Translations under genes and position numbers: made by a program
Origin: Acidobacteriota bacterium
GTDB taxonomy: Bacteria > Acidobacteriota > UBA6911 > RPQK01 > JAJDTT01
NCBI GenBank assembly: GCA_965217775.1
Contig: CBDCJH010000002.1
Span: forward strand, 5,632,001 to 5,696,000
DNA: 64,000 nucleotides
Direction of reading: 5' to 3'
Part shown: in pieces, positions 10,821 through 20,949 of the stretch
How positions within the stretch are numbered: the first letter of the stretch is position 1
How the letters are laid out: each line of letters starts with the position of its first letter
The notes under the pieces: generated by a model
Seen by the model: the letters and a program-made list of their open reading frames with translations, nothing else
What the model was told of the DNA's origin: nothing
Databases searched by the model: none

Positions 10821-12555
10821 GAAGCCGCCGTCCTCGTTCGCAATCAATTGCTTGCTCTCCGTCGCTGTCCTGGGAGCCTGCTCCCTCTCCCGGATTCTTT
10901 TCGCTACCGGCGGCTCGCCTGTCTTTCGAGAAGCCGCTCAAGAAACCGGTCTGGACTTTCACCACTTCATCGGAGCGACGGGCGAGTATTTCTTTCCTGA
11001 GATCATGGGCTCGGGGGTGGGCATGCTCGACTATGACGGCGACGGCGACCTGGACCTCTATTTCGTCCAGGGAGCGATGCTGGACCCGGCCAAGGAAGTG
11101 TCCCAATCGGTGTTTCCGTTTGCCGGAGAGGGAACGCCCCGGAACCGGCTGTTCCGCAATGAACTGAATCCGACGGGAGAACTCCGGTTCACCGACGTCA
11201 CCCGTGAGGCCGGGGTTGGACACCGGGGATACGGCATGGGCTTGGCCGTCGGAGACTACGACTCCGACGGCGATCCGGACCTTTATCTGACCAACTTCGG
11301 ATCCAACGTTCTGTACCGCAATGACGGCGATGGGACCTTCATCGACGTGACCCGTGACGCCGGAGTGGACGATCCTCGTTACAGCGCCAGCAGCACCTTC
11401 CTCGACTACGATTCCGACGGCGACCTGGACCTCTACGTCGCCAACTACGTCTCCTTTACCATCAAGGGAAACCGCAGGTGCGGCGGGGAGCGCCGCGACT
11501 ACTGCGCGCCCGGTGTCTACCAGCCGTTGCCTGACCGCCTCTTTCGCAACGAAGGAAACGGAAGCTTCACCGACTGGTCGGAGGAGGCCGGTCTGGGCCG
11601 GGCCTTCGGAGCCGGTCTTGGAGTCGTGGCCGTCGATCTGAATCTCGACCGCCGCGTGGACGTCTACGTTGCCAACGACGGGACCCCCAACCAGTTGTGG
11701 ATCAACCAGGGGGATGGGACGTTCCAGGACCGGGGCCTGGTGTCCGGGACCGCCTACAACATCGACGGAGTGGCCGAAGCGGGCATGGGGGTCACGGCAG
11801 CCGATTTCGACGGCGACGGCGACGAAGACCTCTTCGTGACCCACAACAAGAAGGAGACCAACACCCTCTATCTGAACGGACGAGCGGCAGGATTCGCGGA
11901 TGCGACCTCCCGCTTCGGGCTGGCCAACGCCAGTGTTCCCTATTCCGGTTTCGGGACGCTCTGGTTCGACTACGACAATGACGGGTGGTTGGACCTCTTC
12001 GTGGCCAACGGAGCCGTGGTCATGGACGATCGGCAGCCGGCCGATTCACCCTACCCGTACGCGCAGGAGAACCAGCTCTTCCGGGGCGACGGGACCGGCC
12101 GTTCTCGAGAGATCGGTTCCGACGTTGCGGGATCGGCACTGGATCTCGTGGAAGTCAGCCGGGGAGCCGCCTTCGGCGACATCGACAACGACGGGGACGT
12201 GGATATCGCCGTTGCCAACAACAACGGGCCGGCCCGGCTTCTCCTCAACCAGGTCGGCTCCCGCAACCATTGGCTGGGTGTCCGGTTGAAAGTGGAGGGG
12301 GGCGGGATGTCGGCCGTCTATCAGGCCCGGGTCGCGTTGATCCGGAAGGGCCACACGCCCCTGTGGCGCCGTTGCCGCTCCGACGGCAGCTATCTCAGCG
12401 CCAACGACAGCCGGATCCTCTTTGGTCTGGGCGCATCGAAGATTGTGGATCGAGTGGAAGTTCACTGGCCCGACGGCGGGTGCGAAGCGTGGGATGGCAT
12501 AGAGGTCGATCGATACGTCACTCTCCGGAGGGGGACCGGCCGACCTTGCGAATAA
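10810..12555 (+). CDS. CRTAC1-family protein (FG-GAP + ASPIC/UnbV)
   Basis: EIMGSGVGMLDYDGDGDLDL, SRGAAFGDIDNDGD, DGSYLSANDSRILFGLG and EVHWPDG. Confidence 0.9.
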   Translation: MGIRKPPSSFAINCLLSVAVLGACSLSRILFATGGSPVFREAAQETGLDFHHFIGATGEYFFPEIMGSGVGMLDYDGDGDLDLYFVQGAMLDPAKEVSQSVFPFAGEGTPRNRLFRNELNPTGELRFTDVTREAGVGHRGYGMGLAVGDYDSDGDPDLYLTNFGSNVLYRNDGDGTFIDVTRDAGVDDPRYSASSTFLDYDSDGDLDLYVANYVSFTIKGNRRCGGERRDYCAPGVYQPLPDRLFRNEGNGSFTDWSEEAGLGRAFGAGLGVVAVDLNLDRRVDVYVANDGTPNQLWINQGDGTFQDRGLVSGTAYNIDGVAEAGMGVTAADFDGDGDEDLFVTHNKKETNTLYLNGRAAGFADATSRFGLANASVPYSGFGTLWFDYDNDGWLDLFVANGAVVMDDRQPADSPYPYAQENQLFRGDGTGRSREIGSDVAGSALDLVEVSRGAAFGDIDNDGDVDIAVANNNGPARLLLNQVGSRNHWLGVRLKVEGGGMSAVYQARVALIRKGHTPLWRRCRSDGSYLSANDSRILFGLGASKIVDRVEVHWPDGGCEAWDGIEVDRYVTLRRGTGRPCE

Positions 12556-12556
12556 C

Positions 12557-12637
12557 GTAGGGGCACCTCTTGTGGGTGCCCTCTTACGTCATCACGCGTG
12601 CAAATAAGGAAGGGCAACCACAAGGGTTTGCCCCTAC
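12557..12637. repeat. GTAG-type REP doublet (inverted pair) between convergent genes
   Basis: GTAG-GGGCACC-TCTTGTG-GGTGCCC and the inverted GGGCAACC-ACAAG-GGTTTGCCC-CTAC. Confidence 0.8.
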
Positions 12638-12638
12638 G

Positions 12639-14351
12639 CTATTCTTCCGTGAGGGTCACGTAGGAGTCGACGGGCAAATCCTCGAACCTCCGGACCCGGT
12701 TGCTGGGAGCCGGCCAGTGGATCTCGACCCAGTCCAGCTTGATCGCCTTGCCCAACCCCAACACCTCGCGCGGATCGTGGGAAGCCAAATAGCTTCCCCC
12801 ACTCGTCTTCAAACGGCTTCGGACGACTCCGTCGGCCGACCACCGGATCAGCGCCCCGATGGCGTCCCGGTTACAGGTTTTCCCCACCAGCTCGAGACCG
12901 ATCCAGTGATTGCCGGCCCCCCACTGGTTCCGTAGAAGCACTGGCGCCTGCCCGTTGTTGGCGACCAGCACGTCGACTCTCCCGTCGTTGTCGACGTCAC
13001 CCACCGTCATCCCGCGGGCCGGATACTTCTCCGCGAAGACGGCGCCCGCCCGCTCGCTGATGTCCCGGAACCTCCCGTCCACGTTTTCGAAGAGCAGCAG
13101 CGGCATGGCGTAGGTGACCTGCAGGGAATAGGAGGGGATCATGTCGTCGGGATGCCCGTTGGCCAGGAACAGGTCCATGTCCCCGTCCACGTCGAAGTCC
13201 AGGAACTTCAGTCCCCAGCCGCTCAGGAGCCGGGTGGACTGCGCCACCTGATTGGGATGGGAGTGGTCGCGGAACAGCTCATTCCCCTGATTCTGGTAGA
13301 GCGCGAACATCTCCTGGTCCACGTTGGCCACGAAGAGGTCCTGCCGGCCGTCCTGGTCGTAGTCAGCGGCATCGACGCCCATGCCGGAGCGCGCCTTCCC
13401 GTTGGCGCTGAACCCCACCTCCGCCAGAAAGCCGATCTCGTCCCACCGGCCGTTCCCCCGGTTCACGAACAGGAAGTTCTGGACCGTGTCGTTGGCGACG
13501 AAGAGATCCATCCTGCGGTCGTTGTTGACGTCGGTGGCGACGACGCCCAACGCCTTGCCCAATGACCGGCCGATGTCGCTCTTGGCTCCGACTTCGGTGA
13601 AGGTGCCGTCGTGGTTGTTTCGGAAGAGCAGGCTCGGCGTCGGTTCGAAGAAGGTGGGGATGCAATAGTAGTTCTTTCCCAACTGGTTGTTGCCGCACCG
13701 CACCGGGTTGTCGATCTGGTATTTGACGAAGCTGCAGACGAACAGGTCGAGCCATCCGTCGCCGTCATAGTCGAACCAGGCGGCGCTGGTGGTCCAACCG
13801 GGAGCCGCCAGACCGGCACTGGGGGTCACGTCCCGGAAGGTCCCATCTCCCTGGTTTTCGTAGAGGATGGCGCGGCCATAGGCGGTGACGTAGAGATCAG
13901 CGTCTCCGTCGTTGTCGTAGTCGGCTGCTGCTGCTCCCATGCCGAAACTACCCGCGGAGACGCCCGCCTCGCGGGTGACGTCGCTGAAGGTTCCGTCGCC
14001 GTTGTTCCGGTAGAGAGCATTGCTGAGCTTCTTCTCCGGCGAGAAGAAATCCGAGCGGCCGTAATTGACCAGATAGAGGTCCACCCACCCGTCATTGTCG
14101 TAGTCGAAAAAGGCGCAGCCGGGTCCCAGGGTTTCCGGGAGATGCCGCATCTCCGACATGGCGTTCTCGTGCACCCAGACGATGCCGCTGCTGGAGGGCG
14201 GGATTTTCGTGAAGAGTCCCGGTCGGGACGGATCGGTCTCGTTCCCCGCCAATCCAGGGGTCAGGAACGCCGCCAGTAAAAGGAGTGGCAATCGGGAAGA
14301 GGGTGCAAGAGAGGAGACGAGGTCGAAGATGTCGGCCTCGATATCGTTCAT
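12639..14351 (-). CDS. CRTAC1-family protein (FG-GAP + ASPIC/UnbV), closest to 1415..3154
   Basis: The ATG overlaps the PhyH stop (ATGA). [19 protein letters not shown] is shared with 1415..3154; [17 protein letters not shown]. Confidence 0.88.
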   Translation of the reverse strand: MNDIEADIFDLVSSLAPSSRLPLLLLAAFLTPGLAGNETDPSRPGLFTKIPPSSSGIVWVHENAMSEMRHLPETLGPGCAFFDYDNDGWVDLYLVNYGRSDFFSPEKKLSNALYRNNGDGTFSDVTREAGVSAGSFGMGAAAADYDNDGDADLYVTAYGRAILYENQGDGTFRDVTPSAGLAAPGWTTSAAWFDYDGDGWLDLFVCSFVKYQIDNPVRCGNNQLGKNYYCIPTFFEPTPSLLFRNNHDGTFTEVGAKSDIGRSLGKALGVVATDVNNDRRMDLFVANDTVQNFLFVNRGNGRWDEIGFLAEVGFSANGKARSGMGVDAADYDQDGRQDLFVANVDQEMFALYQNQGNELFRDHSHPNQVAQSTRLLSGWGLKFLDFDVDGDMDLFLANGHPDDMIPSYSLQVTYAMPLLLFENVDGRFRDISERAGAVFAEKYPARGMTVGDVDNDGRVDVLVANNGQAPVLLRNQWGAGNHWIGLELVGKTCNRDAIGALIRWSADGVVRSRLKTSGGSYLASHDPREVLGLGKAIKLDWVEIHWPAPSNRVRRFEDLPVDSYVTLTEE

Positions 14352-15322
14352 GAAACTGGTTGGTTTCGTCTTCCAACCTCGGCAGCGAGTTCCTGGGCGC
14401 GTTCCAGGGACGTCGACTTCTCCTCCAGCATGATCCGGCGGACCTCCTGCAGCGTTTCCTTGTCCGCGTGGGTGGTCACGTAGAGCGCGCGGCTGGTGAT
14501 GACGGCGTCGATCTTCTGGGCAACCCGCCGCACGTCGGGCCCCGGCGTATGGGCGATCCAGTTGACCGTGTCTTTGACGGACTGGTAGCGGAAATCGCAC
14601 GAGAGCCGAATCCGGTCGGAGCGGTTCACCAGTCCGCGATGGGCCGTGACATGGCCGAAGAAAATGGCGTCGCCGGGATGGTAATCGGAGGTGCCCCAGG
14701 CGAATTCCGTCGAATCCAGTCCGAATCCCTTGGACCTCGCTTTCTTCGCATCGCTGGGACTGGAGCCCGCGTGTTCCAGGAATCCCATCTTGTGGGAGCC
14801 GACAGCGATGGCCAGACCCCCGATGTTGGGATCGATGTCCATGAGGGGCAACCAGCAGGTGTAGAATCGGTCGGCCTGGTACCCGAGGTTCCTGGCTCCG
14901 TCCTGGTGGGTGCCTACGCCGACGTCATCCGCCGCATCGGGGTCCGGAAACATGACCCGGATGAGTCGCTGTTCCCAGACCGTGACGGCTTCACCGATCA
15001 CGTTCTCCATGATCGCGACGATCTCCGGCGACTCCGCGAGGCGGTTGAAGGAATCGAGCCGTACGATCTTGTCGTAGTACCGCATGTGTTCCGCTTCCGA
15101 AGGGTGGGGGCCTCCGCTCCACATGGGGTCCTCGCTGTCTTTCTCTTCGATGATGTGAGTTTCGTGCAGGACCCCCACGATGTCTCTCTTGACCTGCAAC
15201 ACCCGATGGGGATCGAGCAGGCGCCGCAGGAGGAGGTAGCCGTCTTCGGCGAGGTTTTCCGAAAGGCGCTTGACATCGCCCAAGTGCCCGGTGGAATCCC
15301 TCAGCGCTCGATATTCCATCAT
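14348..15322 (-). CDS. Phytanoyl-CoA dioxygenase (PhyH)-family Fe(II)/2-oxoglutarate dioxygenase
   Basis: [37 protein letters not shown] and [11 protein letters not shown]. Confidence 0.85.
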   Translation of the reverse strand: MMEYRALRDSTGHLGDVKRLSENLAEDGYLLLRRLLDPHRVLQVKRDIVGVLHETHIIEEKDSEDPMWSGGPHPSEAEHMRYYDKIVRLDSFNRLAESPEIVAIMENVIGEAVTVWEQRLIRVMFPDPDAADDVGVGTHQDGARNLGYQADRFYTCWLPLMDIDPNIGGLAIAVGSHKMGFLEHAGSSPSDAKKARSKGFGLDSTEFAWGTSDYHPGDAIFFGHVTAHRGLVNRSDRIRLSCDFRYQSVKDTVNWIAHTPGPDVRRVAQKIDAVITSRALYVTTHADKETLQEVRRIMLEEKSTSLERAQELAAEVGRRNQPVS

Positions 15323-15329
15323 GGCGGTG

Positions 15330-16106
15330 TCAACTTCCTTTCTCCGATTCGTGGAAGGCGTCGATTCCGGCCCGGACCGCATTCAGAACCAGGTAGTAGT
15401 CGGGACCGAAGCCCAGGAAGGTCAGGCCCTGGGCCTTGCGCATTTTCAATTCGTCAGGTGTCGTGGAACCGATCCCGATGGCGACCCCGTTCTTTTTCCC
15501 CATCTCCACCGCGTATTCGATCACCGCGTCCGTTTCCGGGAAGGGCATTCCCATGGGATCGAAGCCCATGGAGAAGCAGAGATCCCACATCCCCAGATAG
15601 AGGGCGTCGAGACCCGGAACCGACATGATCTCTTCCAGGTTCTCGACCGCTTCCGTGGTCTCCAACAGCGCGGAGACAATGATGTTGTCGTTGGCCCGGC
15701 TGATGTAGTCATCGGTGTCGATGGTGTACTGGCTGGCCCGCATCGGTCCCCAACCCCGGATTCCGTGCGGCGGGTAACGGGTCGCGGCTACCAGGGCCTC
15801 GGCCTCGGCCGCAGTCCTCAACATGGGAGCGATGATGCCCAGGGCGCCCATGTCCAAGGCGCGTTGAATGAACACATGCTCATGGGAGGGGACGCGGACG
15901 ATGGGTACGGTGTCCGTCCCCTTGATGGCCATGAGGAGGTGCTCGATCTCGGCCGAGTCCAAGCCGTTGTGCTCGGTTTCGATGACCAGGAAGTCGAGCC
16001 CCACCTGCGACATCAGCTCGGCGACATTGGGACTGCCCAGCCCCATGAAGGTGCCGAGAACGGCCTCCCCGGAATTCAGTTTTCCTTTTGCGCGGTTAGT
16101 TTGCAT
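15330..16106 (-). CDS. HpcH/HpaI-family aldolase
   Basis: GLDFLVIETEH, PIVRVP, RALDMGALGIIAP, RYPPHGIRG and LLETTEAVENLEEI. Confidence 0.9.
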   Translation of the reverse strand: MQTNRAKGKLNSGEAVLGTFMGLGSPNVAELMSQVGLDFLVIETEHNGLDSAEIEHLLMAIKGTDTVPIVRVPSHEHVFIQRALDMGALGIIAPMLRTAAEAEALVAATRYPPHGIRGWGPMRASQYTIDTDDYISRANDNIIVSALLETTEAVENLEEIMSVPGLDALYLGMWDLCFSMGFDPMGMPFPETDAVIEYAVEMGKKNGVAIGIGSTTPDELKMRKAQGLTFLGFGPDYYLVLNAVRAGIDAFHESEKGS

Positions 16107-16136
16107 TGTTCAGAAGAATCTCGGTTTGCCAAGTTC

Positions 16137-17111
16137 TCAATATTTAGTCCCGCTCTCGTCCACGTCCGCCGATCCCTCCCGGGTGACGTAACCAGCGCCC
16201 GAATCGTAGAGCCGCCGCTGGTAGTCGACGGAAGTTTCAACGGCCTTCAGAAAATTGATTTGTCTCTCCAGGGCCTCCTGGAGACCGGGTCTCGCCGCCT
16301 CTTCGCCGATGCCGGCCCGATACGAGATTTCCGGAGGAACCAAGCCCATGTAGATGGAAAGGTATCCGTCGAAACCGATCTCCTTCAGGGTACTCAAGAT
16401 GGCCGGATAGTCGGCGTGGCCCTCGCCCAGGAAGCAGTGATTGGTCTCGTTCACGTGCATGACCTTGATGCGATCGCCTGCCGCCAGGAGAGCGCTGGTG
16501 ATGGAGGCCTCGGAGATGTTCATGTGGTAGATGTCCGGCTGGATGCCGACGTTGGGCAGGTCCAGGTCGTCGATCAGGCTGATGGCGTCGAAGACGGAGG
16601 TCATGATGCCGGAATAGGCTTCATAGCGGTTCAGCGGCTCGAACAGGACGGTGATGTCCCGCTCTATCCCGTACTCACAGATTTCTCTTGCGCCCTCGAG
16701 AAAATTGCTTCTCAGAACGTGCATGGGCAACTTGGGGAAGGGGATCTGCGGGACAGGAGTCTGGGAAGCGCAGATCTGGTAGTACGTTGCCCCCAGGGCC
16801 GACGCCAGGTCGACGCAGGCCTTGCCGTAGTCGATGCCTCTCTGCCGGGCTTCCACGTCGTCGCCGGCCAGGTCCCTGCTTTCTCCGGCGTGATGATACG
16901 CCCAGGCACCCAGAATTTCGTTGACCTCAAGTCCCGTGGAATCCAGCAACCGCCGGAACTTGTCGACATCGAGCTTCTGCGGATTGCCCGGCAGGTCGAC
17001 GGCGTCGAACCCGGCCCGCTTGATGGCTTCCAGGATCGGCTGCGGCGTCTCGAGTATGTAGTGTCCGATTCTCCCGATGGTCTCGGAGATGACGGAGTAT
17101 TTGAACGCCAT
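16137..17111 (-). CDS. Sugar phosphate isomerase/epimerase (xylose-isomerase-like TIM barrel)
   Basis: EPLNRYE, DIYHMNI, HVNETNH..LGEGHADY and GFDGYL. Confidence 0.85.
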   Translation of the reverse strand: MAFKYSVISETIGRIGHYILETPQPILEAIKRAGFDAVDLPGNPQKLDVDKFRRLLDSTGLEVNEILGAWAYHHAGESRDLAGDDVEARQRGIDYGKACVDLASALGATYYQICASQTPVPQIPFPKLPMHVLRSNFLEGAREICEYGIERDITVLFEPLNRYEAYSGIMTSVFDAISLIDDLDLPNVGIQPDIYHMNISEASITSALLAAGDRIKVMHVNETNHCFLGEGHADYPAILSTLKEIGFDGYLSIYMGLVPPEISYRAGIGEEAARPGLQEALERQINFLKAVETSVDYQRRLYDSGAGYVTREGSADVDESGTKY

Positions 17112-17126
17112 TGGGGGATCCCTCCT

Positions 17127-18167
17127 TCAGTTGGATTCCAAGTCGACGGGTTTCCTCGTCCTCATGGACTCATAGACGGCGTCGATGACCCGCATGTTGC
17201 CGAGGCTGAACTCCGGGGAAACCCGGTGCGGCGTGTCCGTCTCGAGGCATTCCACGAGATGGTCGAGCTGCAGGGCGAACTGATCTACGGGGGCGAAGCC
17301 GTGAATTTCATGGTCGAAGTTGTCATGGAACACTTCGATGGTGGCGGGCAGGTCTTCCTTCTCGACGAACTCCTGTTCCCTCACGCTCCGTTGGTCGAAC
17401 GGCAGGTCGGCGCGGATCCACCCGGTCAGGCCCAGCACCTCCGTCGCCTGGCAGTAGCCGTATTGATAGCTGGTGGTCAGTTGGGCGGTTGCACCTCCCG
17501 GAAACTCAAGCTGGATGACGGCCGACATGTCCGCGTCGGAAGACTCGATAAACCGGCCCACCGCATAGGCCCGGTGGGGCTCCTCGCCGATGACGAGTCG
17601 CGAGAAATGAATCAGGTAGCAGGCCGTGTCGTAGACGGACCCGCCGCCCCGCCGCCGATCATAGCGCCAGTTGTCCGGCTTGGCGAATCGAACCAACGGC
17701 GAGGAGAATGTGGCCTGGACGGAGACGACCGGGCCGATCCCACCGGAGTCGACGATCTCCTTGATCCGGACATGTTGCGGATCGTGCCGCCACTTGAATG
17801 CTTCCACCAGCACGACGCCGTTCCCGCGGGCGGCAGCGACCATCGCTTCGCATTCGGCGGCGTCGCCGGCGATGGGTTTCTCGCACAGGATGGCCCGGAC
17901 GTTTCCCGAGTTCGCCGCGGCGATGCTGACCGGGGCATGGGCAGGTCCCCAGGTGGCGACGATGGCGATATCGAGCCGTTCTTCCGACAGCATTCGGTCC
18001 AGGTCCGTATAGCGATTGGGGACCTGGAAGCGGTCGCCGAAGGCGTTCACGGCCTCGGCGGAAAGGTCACAGGCGGCGGCCAACTCGACTTTGGGGTTGC
18101 CGAGGCAGGTGACCGCGTGGTCCAGTGCGATGGTCCCGGTGCCGATGATTCCTGCTTTCAAGGCCAT
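17127..18167 (-). CDS. Gfo/Idh/MocA oxidoreductase
   Basis: GIIGTGTIA, ILCEKP and GGGSVYDTACYLIH. Confidence 0.9.
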   Translation of the reverse strand: MALKAGIIGTGTIALDHAVTCLGNPKVELAAACDLSAEAVNAFGDRFQVPNRYTDLDRMLSEERLDIAIVATWGPAHAPVSIAAANSGNVRAILCEKPIAGDAAECEAMVAAARGNGVVLVEAFKWRHDPQHVRIKEIVDSGGIGPVVSVQATFSSPLVRFAKPDNWRYDRRRGGGSVYDTACYLIHFSRLVIGEEPHRAYAVGRFIESSDADMSAVIQLEFPGGATAQLTTSYQYGYCQATEVLGLTGWIRADLPFDQRSVREQEFVEKEDLPATIEVFHDNFDHEIHGFAPVDQFALQLDHLVECLETDTPHRVSPEFSLGNMRVIDAVYESMRTRKPVDLESN

Positions 18168-18307
18168 GGTCAGGTTCCGCACATTCTATTGGAATGCGCG
18201 CGCCGCCGATAGCTGCACCGGTGCCATTGCTGGGTCGAGGACGTATACTCGCTCCTAGCAAGGATGCAGGCGTCGTTCCGTTGTCATCCAGGAGGAGGAA
18301 TACGCAA

Positions 18308-19636
18308 ATGAAGTGGTTCTCGACGATATTCGGTCTCTTGCTCGCCGTCTCCATACAGCCGGACGCTGAAGCTGGTGACAAACCGAACGTTATCTTCATT
18401 CTGGTCGACGATATGGGATATGGCGACGTGGGTCCCTACGGCGCCACGGATCTCCAAACCCCTCACCTGGATCGCATGGCTCGGGAGGGAGTCAAGCTCA
18501 CGGACAATTACGCGGCGGCCCCTGTGTGCACGCCGACGCGTATCGCTTTTCTTACCGGGCGCTACCAACAGCGTAGTGGGATCGAATGGGCGTTCGCGGG
18601 CGCGGGGTCTCCGGGACTGTCCACGTCGGAGACATCCGTGGCCAGGATGGTGAAGAATAACGGCTATGCGACGGGACTTATGGGGAAGTGGCACGTGGGA
18701 ATCACCCCCGAGACGGGACCAAATGCCCACGGATTCGATGAGTTTTTTGGTTTCCTGGGTGCAAACATCGATTTCTACACCCATCGCGAGGTGATTCCGG
18801 AGAGAGGTCTTCCCGATCTCTACGAAAACGGCAAACCGGTGAAGAAAGATGGGTACATGACCGATCTCATCACCGAGCGGTCCGTCGACTTCATCGAACG
18901 CCACGCGGGCAAGCCGTTCTTCCTCTTCGTCTCCTACAACGCACCTCACTGGCCGTTCCAGCCACCGAACCGGCGCTGGGTTGCGACGGCGGAGAATCGG
19001 CTGGAAGGGACCCGCGAGGACTACAACGGCATGGTCGAGCGAATCGACGATGGGGTCGGCGAAATTTTGGATGTGCTCGATCGGAAGGGTCTGGCCGCCA
19101 ACACCCTGGTCATCTTCACCAGCGACAACGGAGGCGAGCGCCTCTCGCGCACCACACCTTTCTTCAATCACAAGGCCACATTGTGGGAGGGCGGGATTCG
19201 AGTTCCCGGCCTGGTCCGTTGGCCGAAACGCCTCCCGGCCGGCAAGACCTCCGATCAGCAGGTCATCACCATGGATTTCTCGGCCACCATCCTGGCGGCC
19301 ACGGGGAGTGCGCCGCCGGAGGGACGCACCCTGGACGGTATCGACATCCTCCCTATCCTGAACGGAGAGAAACCTCCACAGGAGCGCACCTTCTTCTGGC
19401 GCGTCCGGTTCGTGGGCGAATGCAATCCACAGCGGCCCTACTGGCAGTGCTATGTACAGAAGGCGGTCCGCAAGGGGCACTGGAAATACGTCTTGGACGG
19501 CGTTGAGCAGGTAGACATGTTGTTCGATCTGAGGACCGATCCGAGTGAGCGCCAGACGCTGACCTACGAGAAACCGGAAGTCGTGGAAGAAATCAAGCGC
19601 CTGTTCGCGAACTGGGAGCAGGACGTAGGCCAGTAG
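18308..19636 (+). CDS. Formylglycine-dependent sulfatase (exported)
   Basis: AGGAGGAGG RBS; PNVIFILVDDMGYGD, CTPTR..LTGR, GKWH and SDNG. Confidence 0.92.
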   Translation: MKWFSTIFGLLLAVSIQPDAEAGDKPNVIFILVDDMGYGDVGPYGATDLQTPHLDRMAREGVKLTDNYAAAPVCTPTRIAFLTGRYQQRSGIEWAFAGAGSPGLSTSETSVARMVKNNGYATGLMGKWHVGITPETGPNAHGFDEFFGFLGANIDFYTHREVIPERGLPDLYENGKPVKKDGYMTDLITERSVDFIERHAGKPFFLFVSYNAPHWPFQPPNRRWVATAENRLEGTREDYNGMVERIDDGVGEILDVLDRKGLAANTLVIFTSDNGGERLSRTTPFFNHKATLWEGGIRVPGLVRWPKRLPAGKTSDQQVITMDFSATILAATGSAPPEGRTLDGIDILPILNGEKPPQERTFFWRVRFVGECNPQRPYWQCYVQKAVRKGHWKYVLDGVEQVDMLFDLRTDPSERQTLTYEKPEVVEEIKRLFANWEQDVGQ

Positions 19637-19644
19637 GGGCGACG

Positions 19645-19701
19645 GGAGCGGCGACTTTCTTGTCGCCGACAGGGGGGCAGGGGGGACGGAGTCCCCACTC
19701 C
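19645..19701. repeat. GGAG-type REP doublet
   Basis: GGAG-CGGCGACTTTCTTGTCGCCG and the inverted GGGGACGGAGTCCCCA-CTCC. Confidence 0.7.
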
Positions 19702-19727
19702 GAGTCCTCCACATCACTGAGGCAAAT

Positions 19728-20888
19728 ATGAACAGACGCCATTTCATCACATCCACGGCCGGAGTCTGGGCGGCAGCCCATCTCACCGGCAACACGGCCA
19801 ATCTCTATTCGGGCAACAAAAAGTACCGTGCCGCCGTGATCGGTCACACCGGCGTGGGCGGCTACGGGCACGGTTGGGACACCGCCTTCAATCCGTTCGA
19901 CACCATCGACGTAGTGGCCGTCGCCGACCCGGACGACACCGGCCGAAAAGAAGTCATGAGCCACACGGGAGCAAAGCAGGGCTATCGGGACTATCGCGAA
20001 ATGCTCCGCAAGGAGAATCCGGATCTGGTGGCGATCTGTCCCCACGCGCTGGACCATCGCCTGGAGATGGTCACGGCCGTTGCGGAGTCAGGCGCCCATA
20101 TCCTGATGGAGAAACCGTTCGCACGCGATCTGCTGGAAGCGGACGCCATGGTGAAGGCCATCCGGAAGAGCGGCGTGAAGGTGCAGGTCGGTCTGGTCAC
20201 GGCGACGCTGCCCATGACCCGGCGCGTCCTTCAGATGGTCCGGCAAGGCGAGATCGGCGTGCTTCAGGAGATACGGGCCCGCGGCAAGGAAGACCGGCGT
20301 GCAGGCGGAGAGGATCTGATCGTGCTGGGGTGCCACCTGATGCATCTGTTGAGGATGTTTGCCGGTAATCCGAAATGGGTGTTCGCCCACGTGACGGACC
20401 ACGAGTCCGAGATGGAACGAAGCCACATCCGCGAGAAGCAGGGACCGGGAAGCATGGGATCGCTGGCGGGAGACCAGATCGCGGCCATGTTCTATCTGGG
20501 CCAGGGCGTCCACGCCTACTTCGGATCCAAGGTAAACGACGTCAAGACGGGACGGCGCTTTGGAATCTACCTCTATGGCAGCAAAGGAGTGATCTACCTG
20601 CCGACCGTTGCGGGCGCGGCGATACTTCGATCCCCCGATTGGCACAATGGAGCTTGGGAGCCCATCGAACTCACTGCGGAAGAGAAGGCTGGATCCGACC
20701 AGTTGGCTACCCTCATGGTCGCCGATCTGCTTCAGGCCATCGAGGAGGATCGTGAACCGGCCGTCAACGAGATGGACGGCCGCTGGACAACCGAGATGAT
20801 CTCATCCGTCTATCAATCCCAGTTGACGGGCGCGCGGGTGACGTTTCCGCTCAAGGATCGAAGGCATCCGCTAGAGAGAGGAGCGTGA
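19728..20888 (+). CDS. Tat-exported Gfo/Idh/MocA oxidoreductase
   Basis: MNRRHFI Tat motif; AVIGHTGVGGYGHG; ILMEKP. Confidence 0.88.
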   Translation: MNRRHFITSTAGVWAAAHLTGNTANLYSGNKKYRAAVIGHTGVGGYGHGWDTAFNPFDTIDVVAVADPDDTGRKEVMSHTGAKQGYRDYREMLRKENPDLVAICPHALDHRLEMVTAVAESGAHILMEKPFARDLLEADAMVKAIRKSGVKVQVGLVTATLPMTRRVLQMVRQGEIGVLQEIRARGKEDRRAGGEDLIVLGCHLMHLLRMFAGNPKWVFAHVTDHESEMERSHIREKQGPGSMGSLAGDQIAAMFYLGQGVHAYFGSKVNDVKTGRRFGIYLYGSKGVIYLPTVAGAAILRSPDWHNGAWEPIELTAEEKAGSDQLATLMVADLLQAIEEDREPAVNEMDGRWTTEMISSVYQSQLTGARVTFPLKDRRHPLERGA

Positions 20889-20949
20889 TGGGACCCGACG
20901 GCGACACCCTGGCCGCCGGCCGCTCCCGAATCTGGTTTCTCGTCGTTTC

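Noticed and set aside
15270-18212. 980-aa plus-strand ORF and similar long ORFs (e.g. 34741..36720, 51655..54405, 55989..58547)
   Set aside because: Antisense shadows of well-supported genes in GC-rich DNA, with no recognisable motifs.
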